NCBI GenBank assembly: GCA_963699545.1
Contig: CAVOUE010000003.1
Coordinates: forward strand, 64,001-128,000
Source of the DNA: Nitrospirota bacterium
Lineage (GTDB): Bacteria > Nitrospirota > Thermodesulfovibrionia > Thermodesulfovibrionales > UBA9159
Length of the DNA stretch: 64,000 nt
Reading direction: 5' to 3'
The notes below the pieces were generated by a model that was not told the origin of the DNA, ran no database searches, and worked only from the letters and a program-made list of their open reading frames with translations. A program made the position numbers and the translations under genes. Shown piece by piece: positions 30,305-41,802 of the stretch (position 1 is the first letter of the stretch; each line of letters opens with the position of its first letter).

Positions 30305-33300
30305 TCAATTCAGGATTCCCAATTCATGAAACATCTTCGAAAGCTTTGTTTTCGCCACTTCAGGCGTAAAATTCCCTTTCACCCATTCGAAGGAGTTCTT
30401 GGAAACCCTGCGCCATGTTCCCTCGTCTCTGTAAAGTCTGATAACCCTCTCTGCAAATTCTTCCGCGCTGTCGGCGATAAGAGCGTTCGCGTCGTTCTCC
30501 AATCCCAGTCCTTCAGCGCCAATGGTCGTTGTGACGATCGGTAACCCATAACTCATACTATGAATGATCTTCCCTTTCACTCCTGCCCCATATCTGACAG
30601 GTGCCACGCACACCCTCGTTGACTGAAAATAATGTGACACATCGGGGACGTAACCCGTAACAACAACGTTTTCGGAAGAGAGACCCTTGACCTTCTTTGT
30701 CGGGTAGCTGCCAATGATGTAGAACTTGATATCGGGGATCTCCCCTATTATCCTTGGGAGTACCTCCTGCGTAAACCAGCATACACCATCTTCATTGGGC
30801 GGATGTACAAAGCCTCCGATAAACATGATGTCTTTTCTGCCTGAAAAGCCATTCATGGAGATGGTGCCGAGGGGATGAACATGAGGCATGTGATATACCG
30901 CCAGGGAATGATCCTCCTGCAGCATTAACTCCTTCTCATATGGGCTCACCACGATCATGGCATCGCTCATCTTCGCGAGATTAAATTCCCTCTGTTTTAT
31001 TTTATGGATCTCTCCCCGCAACTTGCTGTTATTCTCCACCTCTGCACGCCTTCTTTCCCTTAAGAAAGCAAGGTCATGAGAGTCATAGACGATTTTCGCA
31101 GCTGTGGCCTTCTTAATCTTATTAATGTACTTGATCGCGATATGGGCTCTTGAGAGATACGCTACATCGAAATATTTTCCGACCCCATCAATGTATTTAT
31201 TGAAGTCATTGCAGCCGTAAATCACCTCGATCCCCATTTGCTGCAGCTCTCCGGTATACGGCTCCATTCTTGCCAAATTATCAGGCCAAAAGACTATCTT
31301 AAACCCCATTTCAATAAAGTATCTTCAGATACTCATACATCCTTACAGAACCCGCATCTTTGTCGTGTGTAGGTACATAGTGGTCTATAAACAACATCCT
31401 CTTTTTCTTCTTGTAATTCCGTTCCTTCGCAAGGAAGACATCCGTGCCTGCAGGCACGTGTTCATTCACCAGAACAGTCTTCCACTTTTCAACAAATTTC
31501 TCCCTGTTGATCTCCTGATACTTCTTTATTCCTGTTGAGATGTCCGTTCCCGCGGTTGTCCCTTCGAAGTGGATTACCTCTGCTCTGGGCTGGTATACCG
31601 TCTTGTATCCCAGTGTCCTCAGCGTGAACGCCAGATCAGAGTCCTCGCAAAATGCAGGACTGTATCGAACGTCAAAGCCGTTGACCCTTTCGAACAGGTC
31701 CTTTCTGACAAGGATACACGCACCTGAACAGTAATCGACCTCTCTCTGATAGTTGTATTCGGGTTTTTCGGGATCATCGTTTCTTCCATAGTTCCATGCA
31801 GAGCCATCACTCCACACTATTCCGCCGGCTTCTTGCAATTTCCCGTTCGGATAGATCAGTTTCGCCCCGACAATTCCTATGGAACGGTCTTCCTTTGCCG
31901 GCCCCAATAACGCCTTCAACCACCCCTTTGTCACCTTTGTGTCATTGTTCAAAAAAACTACATAATCTCCTATTGCAGCCCTGGAGCCTATATTACATGC
32001 CCCGATAAAGCCAAGATTCTGTTTATTCACAATGAGACGAATAGTGGGCATGTCCTTTAGGACCTTGCGAGTATCGTCCGTAGACGCATTGTCAACCACT
32101 ATGAGCTCATATTCAACGGCATCGGTATTTTCCAGGAGCGACTTAATACAGTTAAACGTGTATACGAAATTGTTAAACACAGGAATAATGATTGAAACCT
32201 CCGGTTTTTCATAGCGTGGAAAATTGAGAGGCTTAACGTCGTACGATAAGTAGCCGTTAAGCTTCTTTTCCGTGTTATTTTCCGTGTTATTAAAAATTTC
32301 TGTTGATAATTTAGTTTTTGCCTTATGAGAAAACCTTCTGAAACCTTCATTCTTTATTACCGCAATCCCCTTGCGCCCATAATCGTAGAGCTTCCTTCTC
32401 TTTGTCCCAAGAGGGAGCAGAATGTCTTTTGATCTCCTGTATTTCGATAAGAGCTTCCATCCGAGAGAATTATATATTTCGGATAAGAGAAACTCTTTTT
32501 CTGTAATGGTTCCACGCGCCCTCTCTATTTCCCGCTCCTTCTCTGCGATGACGGTCTCTTTCTCCCGGACAACCGCCTCCCTCTCCAATTTGCACATTTC
32601 GCTTATAGAAATGTCTTTTTCGGTCATTGCTCTGTGGAGTTTCTCTATCTCAGCACTTTTCTCCGAGATGATCGCCTCTCTCTCCCTCTCCCGCTCCTTC
32701 AGCTCGGAGATGACCGCCTCTTTCTCTCGTTCCAGTTCTCTCAGCACTACGATGACCGCCTCTTTGTCCCTCTCCCGCTCCTTGAGTTCTACGATAACTG
32801 CTTCTTTCTCCCGTTCCCATTCCTTCAGCTCGGAGATGACCGCCTCTTTCTCTAAATTGTACGCTACGGTGAGGGAAATGTCTTTTTCCGTCATTGCTCT
32901 GTGGAGTTTCTCTATCTCAACACTTTTCTCTATGATGACCGCTTCTTTCTCTCTCTCCCGCTCCTTCAGCTCGGAGATGACCGCCTCCTTCTCTCGTTCC
33001 ACTTCTTTCGCTTGAGAGATCAGCGCCTCTTTCTCTCTCTCTCTCTCCCTCAATACTGACTGAATTGTCTCATGAGTAAATTTATCAAGATGTTTATGAA
33101 ATATTCTTGAATAGGCAAAACCGGTCTCGCCTGAATACTTGGCACGCTCCGTTATCTGCAAATGTGTACTCCAGACATTGTACTTTGCAGTCACCTTGTT
33201 GATGTGATAAAAAGGGTCGGTATGACTGAGCCTTATTAACAAATCCCAGTCTTCGTATAAATCGAGGGTCTCATCAAAGCCGCTCACAGTCCGTAAAAGG

Positions 33301-33824
33301 TTATGGGGGACAATGATGCACATAAAGGGGATGAAGTTCTCGACCAGGAGCTTGTTAAGGGAGAAGTCGGTTGAATGGAAGATACCTTGGTCGATGTCTA
33401 TTAATGTTTCTTTCTCGACGTCATAGGCACTGTGCATTAACCGTGCATCTGTGTAAGCGATCTTGTATTCGCTCTGCCTCAAAAGAGAAATCAGGGTATC
33501 GACATGATCCTCATAAAACTCGTCATCATCATCCAGAAACCCGACATATTCTCCCTTCACGTTCTCTATCCCAACATTGCCGGCATGCGCCCTTCCGGTA
33601 TTCTTTTCGAGCCGTATATAGTTCAGGGAAACATCCCCCAGCATTCCTTTTAGCTCTTCAATTTCAAGGGAGCAGCCGCCGTCATTCACAAGAACGACCT
33701 CTATAGGTCGGTAAGTCTGCAGAGCGATACTTCGGAGCGCCCGCCTCAGAAGCTTCGGTCTGTCCTTCGTCCTGACGATTATGGAGACCAATGGATTGTC
33801 GGTTGCGTCTGTCATCTTTCCCAT
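30305..33824 (-). CDS. Multidomain glycosyltransferase GT2 / long coiled coil / GT2 / GT4 (paralog 3; frameshift at ~31315)
   Basis: Same N-terminal GT2 as paralogs 1 and 2, a ~190-aa repetitive coiled coil, GT2 (LNNDT, QEAGG, YCSGAC, EDSDL), then GT4 (FIGGFVHPPN, GAGVKGK) in 30305-31309. Confidence 0.9.
32470..33050 (-). repeat. Intragenic tandem repeats (~42-bp EREKEAVISELKE units, a ~267-bp higher-order duplication, and a (TC)8 tract)
   Basis: Recurrent ctccttcagctcggagatgaccgcctc. The block gtcattgctctgtggagtttctctatctca occurs at ~32620 and ~32890. (TC)8 lies at 33032-33047. Confidence 0.88.
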
Positions 33825-33879
33825 GTCTTAAAAGAGGTTTTTTATTCTACCTCAAATGCCTCTCCCATTGCCATCCTCT

Positions 33880-36211
33880 TCACCACTTCTCAAAAAGCCT
33901 CCTGAGGTTCCTCCCTTCACCGCTGATGCCCTTTACTCTCTCGAACATAAAATCGTTATAGGTCTTCACCCTCAGCCCCCCAGCTCTTTCTGTTATCTTA
34001 ACCGCTCCGTCCCTGTCCGTCCTGTAGGTCCTTACCCACTGGAACCTCTCCATCGTTTCCTCGTGCGGATGGCCGTAGGGATTGTCCCTTCCCACGCTTA
34101 TGACCGCTATTCCCGGTGATACCGCATCTAAGAAATCCTCTGCGGAAGAGGTGCGGCTGCCGTGGTGGGATACCTTGATGACATCACTCTTGAGCCATGC
34201 CCCGAGGTGGAGCATATCCTCCTCCGCCTCCCGGGCCGTGTCGCCAGTGAAGAGAAAAGACTTCTGCCCTGCTACCCTTACCACGAGAGAGTCATTGTTC
34301 TCCGCTGTGGCTTCGTTGTCACCAAAGGTCGAGAACCCCCTGTAGGGATGAAGCACCTGTATCCTGAGGTTGCCCGCGTTCGCCTCTTCCCCCCGTTCAA
34401 GTGAACGATGGACAGAATTTCTCAAAAGATTCTCCGGGTAGGTGATCAGGCCGTTATCCCACACCTCTCTGACCGGAACCTTCCTCATCACGTGGAGCGC
34501 ACCTGCAGCGTGATCATCATCTGCATGGGTTATCACGAGAACGTCAACGGCTCCCTTGCCGAGGTACCGCAGGAATCCTTCCACTTCCCTTCCCGTCCTT
34601 CCGGTATCTATGACCATGGTCTTGCTGTATCCCTCGATCACTGCAGCGTCACCCTGACCCACATCAAGATACGTGACCGACAGGGTATCCCTGTCGTGCA
34701 GCAGAGATACCAGACAGAGGAGGAGAGAAACAGCGGGCAACGCGAGGGCATACCGCTTCCTCCCCGACAGGAAGAAGACGATGAGTCCCGCATAAAAGAT
34801 GATGACCACGCTGAGAGGGAATGCCGGCACCTTGATATCAGCAAAAGGCACCGAGGCAAAGAACCTCACCCCTTTAAGGGCCATATCTGAGAGAAATGCT
34901 ACCAGCCCCGCAAATGGGTAATGGCCGGAAAAAATGAATATGAATGAAGACAAAAGGGACAGGGGAACAACGATAAACCCAATGAACGGCGTGATAAAAA
35001 AATTCGCGACGGGAGAAATGATCGAAAAATAATGAAAATAATAGGCAACGAGGGGTGCCGTCCCCAGAGAAGCGGAAAGAGAAAGTAATACAGAGCCTTT
35101 CAGAAAGGTGATCATCCTCCCGGGAAAACCCTGGTCCTTCGGTCTCCCCCTCCCCCTCAATGAGGAAAAGCCCGATGCAGAAGACCGCGAGGAACGAAAG
35201 CTGGAACGAGATGCTCAAAAGTGCAGAGGGGTCCCAGACACAAAGGACGAACGCCGCGAAGAGGAGGGAATTCAGCCAGAACCCCTTCCTCCCGATGAGA
35301 AGGCCAAGGAGAAAGATGTTTATCATGAGAAAGGACCGCAGAGCCGGGATGCTCGCCCCGGAAAGCGCAAGATAGAAGAACATGAAGGGAAGAGCGAAAA
35401 GCGCCGAGGCCTGGGACGGGGTGAGATACAGAGTGAATGCCTGGAGGACCCTGTGGGGCATGGATCGTATAAGAAACCTGAACAGTCCGAATATGAGGGC
35501 GGAGAACAAGCCGAAGTGCGTTCCCGAGATACTCAACAAGTGGGCAAGGCCGGTAGAGTTGAAGGCATCCTTGATCCCTTCACTCATCGTTGACCGCTCG
35601 CCGGTGGTCTGGGAAGCAAGCAATGCTCCTGAATCTCCTTCAAAGCTGTGTTTGAAAAGATAGTTCAGCCTGTCCCTGCTGTCTTGCAGCCACCGTTGCA
35701 CCGTATTCCCTTTCAGCGGTTCTGCCTCTCTCACCTCAGCAAGCGCGGCATAAAGCCCCTCATTCTTTAATGTTCCGGGGTTCCGCCTTTCCCTGTCCCT
35801 CTCTGTTTTTGCCGCAATTACGTACCTCATATGCGGTGGCATCCCATCCCCTGAGACGATATTCATCTCTCGGCCGCCGAGGAGAACAAGCGGCGTACCG
35901 TCCACCGCATTCACGGCGGAGACAACCTTGATTGTGTTCACAAACCGTCCGGATAAAAGCTCCCGTGGTGAACTTTCCGCAGTACACTCTAGAATGATTT
36001 CCCTGTTGCACAAGGCACCATTATCAATGGGAGGGGCATACCGGAGAAAAGCATATGCAAAACCCGTAATGAGAAGCAGGGCGACAAAGTAACGTCTCCT
36101 GACAGCGAAGAGGGCTATAGACACGGCGAGCAGAACGCCTGTGGTAACCGGGAAAAAAGGGGAAAAATGAAAAAGGACGATTCCTGAAAAGAACAGTGAG
36201 AATATCTTCAT
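33880..36211 (-). CDS. comEC: DNA uptake protein ComEC/Rec2 (frameshift near 35115-35155)
   Basis: Competence domain GLAHLLSISGTH and SFQLSF; MBL domain LDVGQGD, THADDDH, KVSHHGS, NPYGHP, RTD.DG. Confidence 0.93.
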
Positions 36212-37560
36212 CAGACAGACATTGTTTTCTTGATTACCTCTGCAATCCGGCTGGCGAGCTTCCCCACGAGCTTTTCATCATCAGCCTCTACCATCACCCG
36301 CATCGCATGCTCCGTGCCCGAGGGCCTCACAAGGACCCTTCCCCTCCCGCTGAGCAGGGACTCCGCTTCCTTGATCGCTTGCATGATCTCGGGGTATGAC
36401 TTTATATCAGCCTTCTTCTCCACCGGGACGTTGATGAGCACCTGGGGGTAGAATGTAATGTCCCTCACCAGTTCCGAAAGCGGAGCATTCTCTTTTTTCA
36501 TGGCATTGAGGACGTGGAGTGCAGTGATCGGACCGTCCCCTGTTGTGTTGCACTGAAGGCAGATGATATGTCCTGACGGCTCGCCTCCCAGGACGTATCC
36601 CCCGCTGAGCATCTTCTCGGTGACGAAACGGTCACCGACCTTGGTCCTGTGAAGTCTTATGCCATGGGCCGAGAGGTACTTTTCGAGGCCGAGATTAGAC
36701 ATAACCGTGGAGACGACGGTGTTTTCCCTGAGGCATTTCTCTTTCTTCATCTGGAGAGCCCATACTCCCAATATTTTGTCGCCGTCAACCACCTCCCCTC
36801 GTTCATCGCACATGAGGGTCCTGTCCCCGTCCCCGTCGTGGGCGATACCCGCGTCCGCCCTGTGCTCCCTCACCGCATCGCGCAGACCTGCCATATGAAG
36901 GGAACCGCATCCCTCATTGATGTTGATGCCATCCGGTTTGTCATGTATGGTAACGACCTCGGCACCCAGTTCCTGCAACACCCACGGGGTAACCTTGTAT
37001 GCCGCTCCGTTTGCGCAATCAACCACCACACGCAGCCCCTCAAGGGTAGTGCCCCTCGGTATGGTGGACTTGATGTACTCGATATATCTTCCCGTTGCAT
37101 CATCAAGCCGGAATGCCTTTCCGATCTGCGCCCCCGACAGTCTCTTCGCGCCCAGCCGCTCATCCGCCACAAGAGCCTCGATCCTTTCTTCCAGTCCGTC
37201 GGGCAGTTTGAATCCGTCCGCAGAGAAGAACTTGATGCCGTTGTCTTCAAAGGGATTGTGGGACGCCGAAATGACCACGCCTGCATCAAGCCTTAATGCC
37301 CTCGTAAGAAATGCGATCCCGGGGGTCGGCAGGGGCCCGGTCAGGGTAACGTTCATTCCCATGGAGCACATGCCTGCGGTAAGCGCGCTCTCTATCATGT
37401 ACCCGGAAAGCCTGGTGTCTTTGCCGATAATGACCATATTCCTTCCGTGCGCCTTCCTGAGGACCTTTGCCGCAGCCATGCCGATCCGGAGAACCTGCTC
37501 CGGCGTCATGGGAGACCGGTTTATCCTCCCCCGTATGCCGTCTGTTCCGAAAAGCCTCAT
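36211..37560 (-). CDS. glmM: Phosphoglucosamine mutase
   Basis: FGTDGIRG, ISASHNP, DGDGDR, GGEPSGH and RPSGTE. Confidence 0.96.
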   Translation of the reverse strand: MRLFGTDGIRGRINRSPMTPEQVLRIGMAAAKVLRKAHGRNMVIIGKDTRLSGYMIESALTAGMCSMGMNVTLTGPLPTPGIAFLTRALRLDAGVVISASHNPFEDNGIKFFSADGFKLPDGLEERIEALVADERLGAKRLSGAQIGKAFRLDDATGRYIEYIKSTIPRGTTLEGLRVVVDCANGAAYKVTPWVLQELGAEVVTIHDKPDGININEGCGSLHMAGLRDAVREHRADAGIAHDGDGDRTLMCDERGEVVDGDKILGVWALQMKKEKCLRENTVVSTVMSNLGLEKYLSAHGIRLHRTKVGDRFVTEKMLSGGYVLGGEPSGHIICLQCNTTGDGPITALHVLNAMKKENAPLSELVRDITFYPQVLINVPVEKKADIKSYPEIMQAIKEAESLLSGRGRVLVRPSGTEHAMRVMVEADDEKLVGKLASRIAEVIKKTMSV

Positions 37561-38214
37561 TTCCCCCTCCGCGCTATCCTGATGTGGATGTCAACCTTGT
37601 CTGTCTTTGACCGTATGGTGTTATCCTGAAGTTTCAGGCCCACTTCCTGCTTAAAGTCCTCCGTCAATCCGGTAATGTCGATGGGCTCTGTTTTCACCGT
37701 TCCCACCTTTCTCACCGTCGATTTCGCCCCTTCGATGGCCATCTCAGCCGGACTGATCTCCACAGATTTGAGATAATATCCTTTCTCCGGAGTGCCGGTA
37801 ATGTCGGGCATAATGGAAACAGTTTTCGAAACCGTTCTCCTCAAAAACAACCTTCACCGATAACGGTTCGATCTTGACAATCGAAGCACCATAGGGCAGC
37901 TTCACGTCATCCTTCCTCACCGGGAAGACCTCCTCCCCTTTTTTCGCCTTGCTCACGTCCACAGAGACCCTCACCGTATCCTGGCGGATGTTTCTGCCGA
38001 GACTTTCATGGGACCTGACGACAACATTCGCGGATTTCACCTCGTGCCGTGCAATCTCAAGGCCGGAAGGAATGCTGGTATATTCGATGGGCACGTTGAG
38101 AGACATCTCTGTCTGGCCTTTCGAGACAACGAAAAACCAGAGTATGACCGCAAGCACTGCGGCAGAGGCCTTCAGCGTGACGTTCTCCAATAAAAGTCTC
38201 TGTATAATGTTCAC
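37557..38214 (-). CDS. cdaR: CdaR/YbbR-like regulator of diadenylate cyclase (+1 frameshift at ~37835)
   Basis: N-terminal TM 'LAVILWFFV' followed by YbbR-type domains across two ORF pieces; lies between cdaA and glmM. Confidence 0.85.
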
Positions 38215-39011
38215 AGTGACTCCTTAAATCCCGGGGACTTTCTGGGAACCTTTCGCCTCTGGGCTGTGGTGAATATATCCGTCAACCTCTTCCTCAGGTT
38301 CTCCATATCAATGGCGGTCTCCAGTTTTCCGGCGGCGGCCATAGAGATCGCCCCCGTCTCTTCGGAAACAATGATGGCAATGGCATCAGTCTCTTCGGTA
38401 AGTCCTATTCCTGCACGATGCCGGGTGCCCAGCGCCTTGCTCACCTCGCTGCTCAGCGCGATAGGGAGGAAACATCCTGCGGCCACGATCCTGTTTCCCC
38501 GGATCACCACTGCGCCGTCATGGATGGGTGAGGTGGTATGAAAGATGCTCAAGAGTATGTCCTTCGAGACCTTTGCGTCCAGGAGGGTCCCCATTTCGAC
38601 AAAATCCTTGAGGCTGGTCTCCCGCTCTATGACGATGAGGGCCCCCATCTTCCTGTTGGCAAGGGCCACAGCCGCCTTCACGATCTCGTCCAGGGATTTC
38701 AGTTCTTCAGCAGAGGTGAATGCGGCGAGAAACCGCGCTTCGCCCATGTGAGCGAGGGCCCTCCTGATCTCAGGCTGGAAGAGGATGATCAGTACGATCA
38801 CGATCTGTGCCCACAAGCTCTGGATGATCCAGTTCACCGTATACAGTTCCAGGTGCTCTGAGAGGAGAGAAGCGAGGAGCAAAAGACCAAGACCGATGAG
38901 CATCTGGGCGGCCTTCGTTCCCTTTACGATGAGGAGAAGACGATAGAGAATGATCGTCACAAAGACGATATCGAGGATATCCTGCCATCGTATCTGCTTC
39001 AGGAGTTCCAT
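38211..39011 (-). CDS. cdaA: Membrane diadenylate cyclase CdaA/DacA
   Basis: 3 N-terminal TMs, FQPEIRRAL, HDGA, GTRHRA and VSEETG. Confidence 0.95.
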   Translation of the reverse strand: MELLKQIRWQDILDIVFVTIILYRLLLIVKGTKAAQMLIGLGLLLLASLLSEHLELYTVNWIIQSLWAQIVIVLIILFQPEIRRALAHMGEARFLAAFTSAEELKSLDEIVKAAVALANRKMGALIVIERETSLKDFVEMGTLLDAKVSKDILLSIFHTTSPIHDGAVVIRGNRIVAAGCFLPIALSSEVSKALGTRHRAGIGLTEETDAIAIIVSEETGAISMAAAGKLETAIDMENLRKRLTDIFTTAQRRKVPRKSPGFKESL

Positions 39012-39162
39012 CGTTCAATTATAAGTCATCGGACAGGGAATTGACAAAACATTTTTCCCCGGGAACACCGGGAGGGATTCCCTCTCATAGCTGCTATGCA
39101 ACCATCCGTATTTTTGCTATAGTGCAGGGAGGAGACCGTGGACATCAGGAGAGGAGGAAATC

Positions 39163-39378
39163 ATGCTCGTCACCAAACAGGAGGCAGCGGAGAAATGGTG
39201 TCAGGAAAGCTTTAACGGTGACAGGGAAAGATGCGTCGGTCCCGGATGCATGGCGTGGAGATGGGCGGAGAGTGTACCTCACGTCTGCATCGCATGCGGC
39301 ACTGAAGATACCGAGTGGGAAGACCAGCCGGAATTGAGGAAGGGATACTGCGGCATGGCCGGGGTCGCGAAGTGGTGA
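39163..39378 (+). CDS. Small Cys-rich hypothetical protein
   Basis: Strong RBS (GGAGAGGAGG). Pattern KWC...C.G..CMAWRW...CIAC...GYCGMAG. Confidence 0.7.
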   Translation: MLVTKQEAAEKWCQESFNGDRERCVGPGCMAWRWAESVPHVCIACGTEDTEWEDQPELRKGYCGMAGVAKW

Positions 39379-39553
39379 GATCCCGGCTTGTCGCAAATGC
39401 AGTGCCTGTCCGGTGATACGTCATGACCGGCTTGAGCGGCATCAGTCCGCCTGAGGCGGATCGACAATCCCGAAAGCTTTCGGGATCGCAGGATCTCGGG
39501 ATGCGAAATGCGGTCACGACTCCTCAACCCCCTCCCCCTGGATTTCGTTAGAG

Positions 39554-40672
39554 CTACCCTTCCTTCAGCACCCTCTTCACATACAGAAGATATCCCACTG
39601 AGATGAAAAGGACGCCCAGGACAACGAGTTTCAGCAGGTCCCGGACAAGGAGATCCATATGAGCGCCTCTGATGAGCAGGCCAATCCCGAGGCCCATAAA
39701 ATATTTCAGGGGGGAGATAACGGTGAGCCTTCTCAGCCAGTCAGGCAGTGCCTCCGGCGGCACCCATCCTCCGGACAGGAGCATCATGGGGGCAAAGATC
39801 ACAATGGTGAGGAGCCCTATCTGGCTCAGACGCTTTGATATTGAGGCTATGATGAATGCCAGTCCCGACGTGGCAAGGCTGTAGATGAGACAGATAAAGA
39901 GAAACTCCGGGAGCGAGCCCTTCAGCGGAAAACCGAGCCAGAGCCTGAGCACAAATTCGTAGCATAGCCCGATGATGGCAAGGAGGAACACAGAAGCGGC
40001 AACGATCTTCATGAAAAGGAGTTTCCTGATGTCCAGGGGAGAGATCATGATCTGTTCAAGGGTACCGTACTCCTTCTCCCTGATGAGGATGGCTGCCGGC
40101 AATATCATCCCGATGAGGGTGATGACGTGAAAGAGCTCGTTAATGCCTTCAAAGATCTGGTCCTTGATCTCGGGATTGAAATAGACCCTGCTCTTCACCA
40201 CGAGGGAAGGCAGTCCGGTGACTTTTGCCGTCTTCCTCCGCTCTCTCACCAGGTCTTCCGAGTACTGCCCGATGATGAACTGAAGATATGCTGAACTGAG
40301 ATAGGCTGCCGCGCTCTGCGTACCGTCAACAAGGACCTGCACCGATGCCCCGTTCCGGTAAACGTCCCTCTCAAACCCCTCGGGTATCACAAGGACAAGA
40401 ACGGTCTTCGACTCGTTCAGCAGCGTGTCTATGTCCCCGCGATGAAATGCCCTCTCCGGCCTCCTGAAGGCGGGGGGCTGAATTCTGCTGATAAGTTCGC
40501 GGCTCTTGAGGGAGTTGTCCTCGTCATACACGCTGACCGGGACCTTCTCGGGAATGATGCTAAACCCCTGGGCGGCGGTATAGATGTCAAAGGAAAAGGC
40601 ATAGAGAATAAAGATGAGGAGGCCCTTGTCGCGGATGATATGGAGAAGCTCTTTTCTCAGGAGCTGCCACAT
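39554..40672 (-). CDS. ABC-2 type permease (YbhR/YhhJ-like)
   Basis: True start MWQLLRKE. IREKEYGTLEQ..SP and LLSGGWVP. Confidence 0.88.
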   Translation of the reverse strand: MWQLLRKELLHIIRDKGLLIFILYAFSFDIYTAAQGFSIIPEKVPVSVYDEDNSLKSRELISRIQPPAFRRPERAFHRGDIDTLLNESKTVLVLVIPEGFERDVYRNGASVQVLVDGTQSAAAYLSSAYLQFIIGQYSEDLVRERRKTAKVTGLPSLVVKSRVYFNPEIKDQIFEGINELFHVITLIGMILPAAILIREKEYGTLEQIMISPLDIRKLLFMKIVAASVFLLAIIGLCYEFVLRLWLGFPLKGSLPEFLFICLIYSLATSGLAFIIASISKRLSQIGLLTIVIFAPMMLLSGGWVPPEALPDWLRRLTVISPLKYFMGLGIGLLIRGAHMDLLVRDLLKLVVLGVLFISVGYLLYVKRVLKEG

Positions 40673-40674
40673 CG

Positions 40675-41802
40675 CTAACCCTCCCTCTTTTTGAATACCC
40701 ATATCCCCGCGGAAAAGAGGGCGGAGAAATAGAGCAACAGGATCAGGATATGGGGAAGGAGGTCTCTCAAGCCGAGGTCTTTCAGATATACCCCGTGTAT
40801 GATCTTCATAAAATACATCGAGGGATAGAGGTGCGCCATGACCTTTGCTGCCCCTTCGAGATTCGCCACCGGGATAAGAAGCCCCGAATAGAGAAAGGCA
40901 GGGATGACGGTGACGATGACCGTAACGATCTGGGCCGAGACGATGGTCCTTGTTACCGAAGATACCAGAAGTCCAAAGGATACGTTTATCAATACGTAAA
41001 GGAGCGCCCCGGGGATAAGGGTCGCGAGATGCCCCTTCATCGGTATCTGGAACAGCACCCGTATGGCGGTCACGATCACGCAGAAATTCATGGCGGAAAT
41101 GACCAGGTAAGGGATGATCTTTCCCACGAGGAACTCCCACTTCCTGATGGGAGAGGAGTAGATATTGTAGATGGTGCCGAACTCTTTTTCCCTGGCAATG
41201 GCAAGAGCGGTCAGGACCGCGGGATTCATCAGGAGAATGATCACGATGAGACCGGGAACGAGGGCATAGCTGCTCTTGAGGGACTCGTTGAAGAAGTATC
41301 GCGTTTCGACCCTGATAGGGCGAAGGAGCATGCCGGAACGGCCGTCCCGCTTCAGCCTCTCCTCCATGAGCTCACTGCTGAAGGCACCCGCGATAGCCTG
41401 TGCGTACCCTTTGATGGTAAGTGCCCGGTACGGGTATCCTCCATCGATCAGGAACTGGACTTCCGACTCGCTCCCTCGGTAAATCTTCCTGGAGAAATCG
41501 GGGGGGATCACCAGCACCGCTCTCAGGGTTCCGCTGGTGAGAAGCCTGTCCGCCTCCTTCTGCCCGGGGAGTTCCCCCTGGAGGTCAAAAAACCTCCCTT
41601 TGAATTTCTCCACCAGCTGCGCACTGAGCTGACTGCGGTCCTCATCGATGTACGCAAAGGGCATATGTTCAATATCGAGACTGATACCGTAACCGAAGAC
41701 GATGAACATGATAAAGGGGACCACAAAGGCCAGGACCAGGAAGAGCTTTACCCGCCATATCTCCTTCACCTCCTTCAACGCCACCGCCAGGATCCTTTTC
41801 AT
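40675..41802 (-). CDS. ABC-2 type permease (YbhS-like)
   Basis: FGYGISLD, AREKEFGT, GKIIPY and LYSGL. Confidence 0.88.
   Translation of the reverse strand: MKRILAVALKEVKEIWRVKLFLVLAFVVPFIMFIVFGYGISLDIEHMPFAYIDEDRSQLSAQLVEKFKGRFFDLQGELPGQKEADRLLTSGTLRAVLVIPPDFSRKIYRGSESEVQFLIDGGYPYRALTIKGYAQAIAGAFSSELMEERLKRDGRSGMLLRPIRVETRYFFNESLKSSYALVPGLIVIILLMNPAVLTALAIAREKEFGTIYNIYSSPIRKWEFLVGKIIPYLVISAMNFCVIVTAIRVLFQIPMKGHLATLIPGALLYVLINVSFGLLVSSVTRTIVSAQIVTVIVTVIPAFLYSGLLIPVANLEGAAKVMAHLYPSMYFMKIIHGVYLKDLGLRDLLPHILILLLYFSALFSAGIWVFKKREG

Noticed and set aside
32470-33050. CRISPR-like periodic repeats
   Set aside because: The repeats are in-frame, degenerate, lack unique spacers and encode a coiled coil; no cas genes are present.
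40673-41140. N-terminal extension of the 528-aa ORF and the antisense 357-aa ORF (40750-41823)
   Set aside because: They overlap the genuine upstream permease; these are shadow ORFs in GC-rich DNA.
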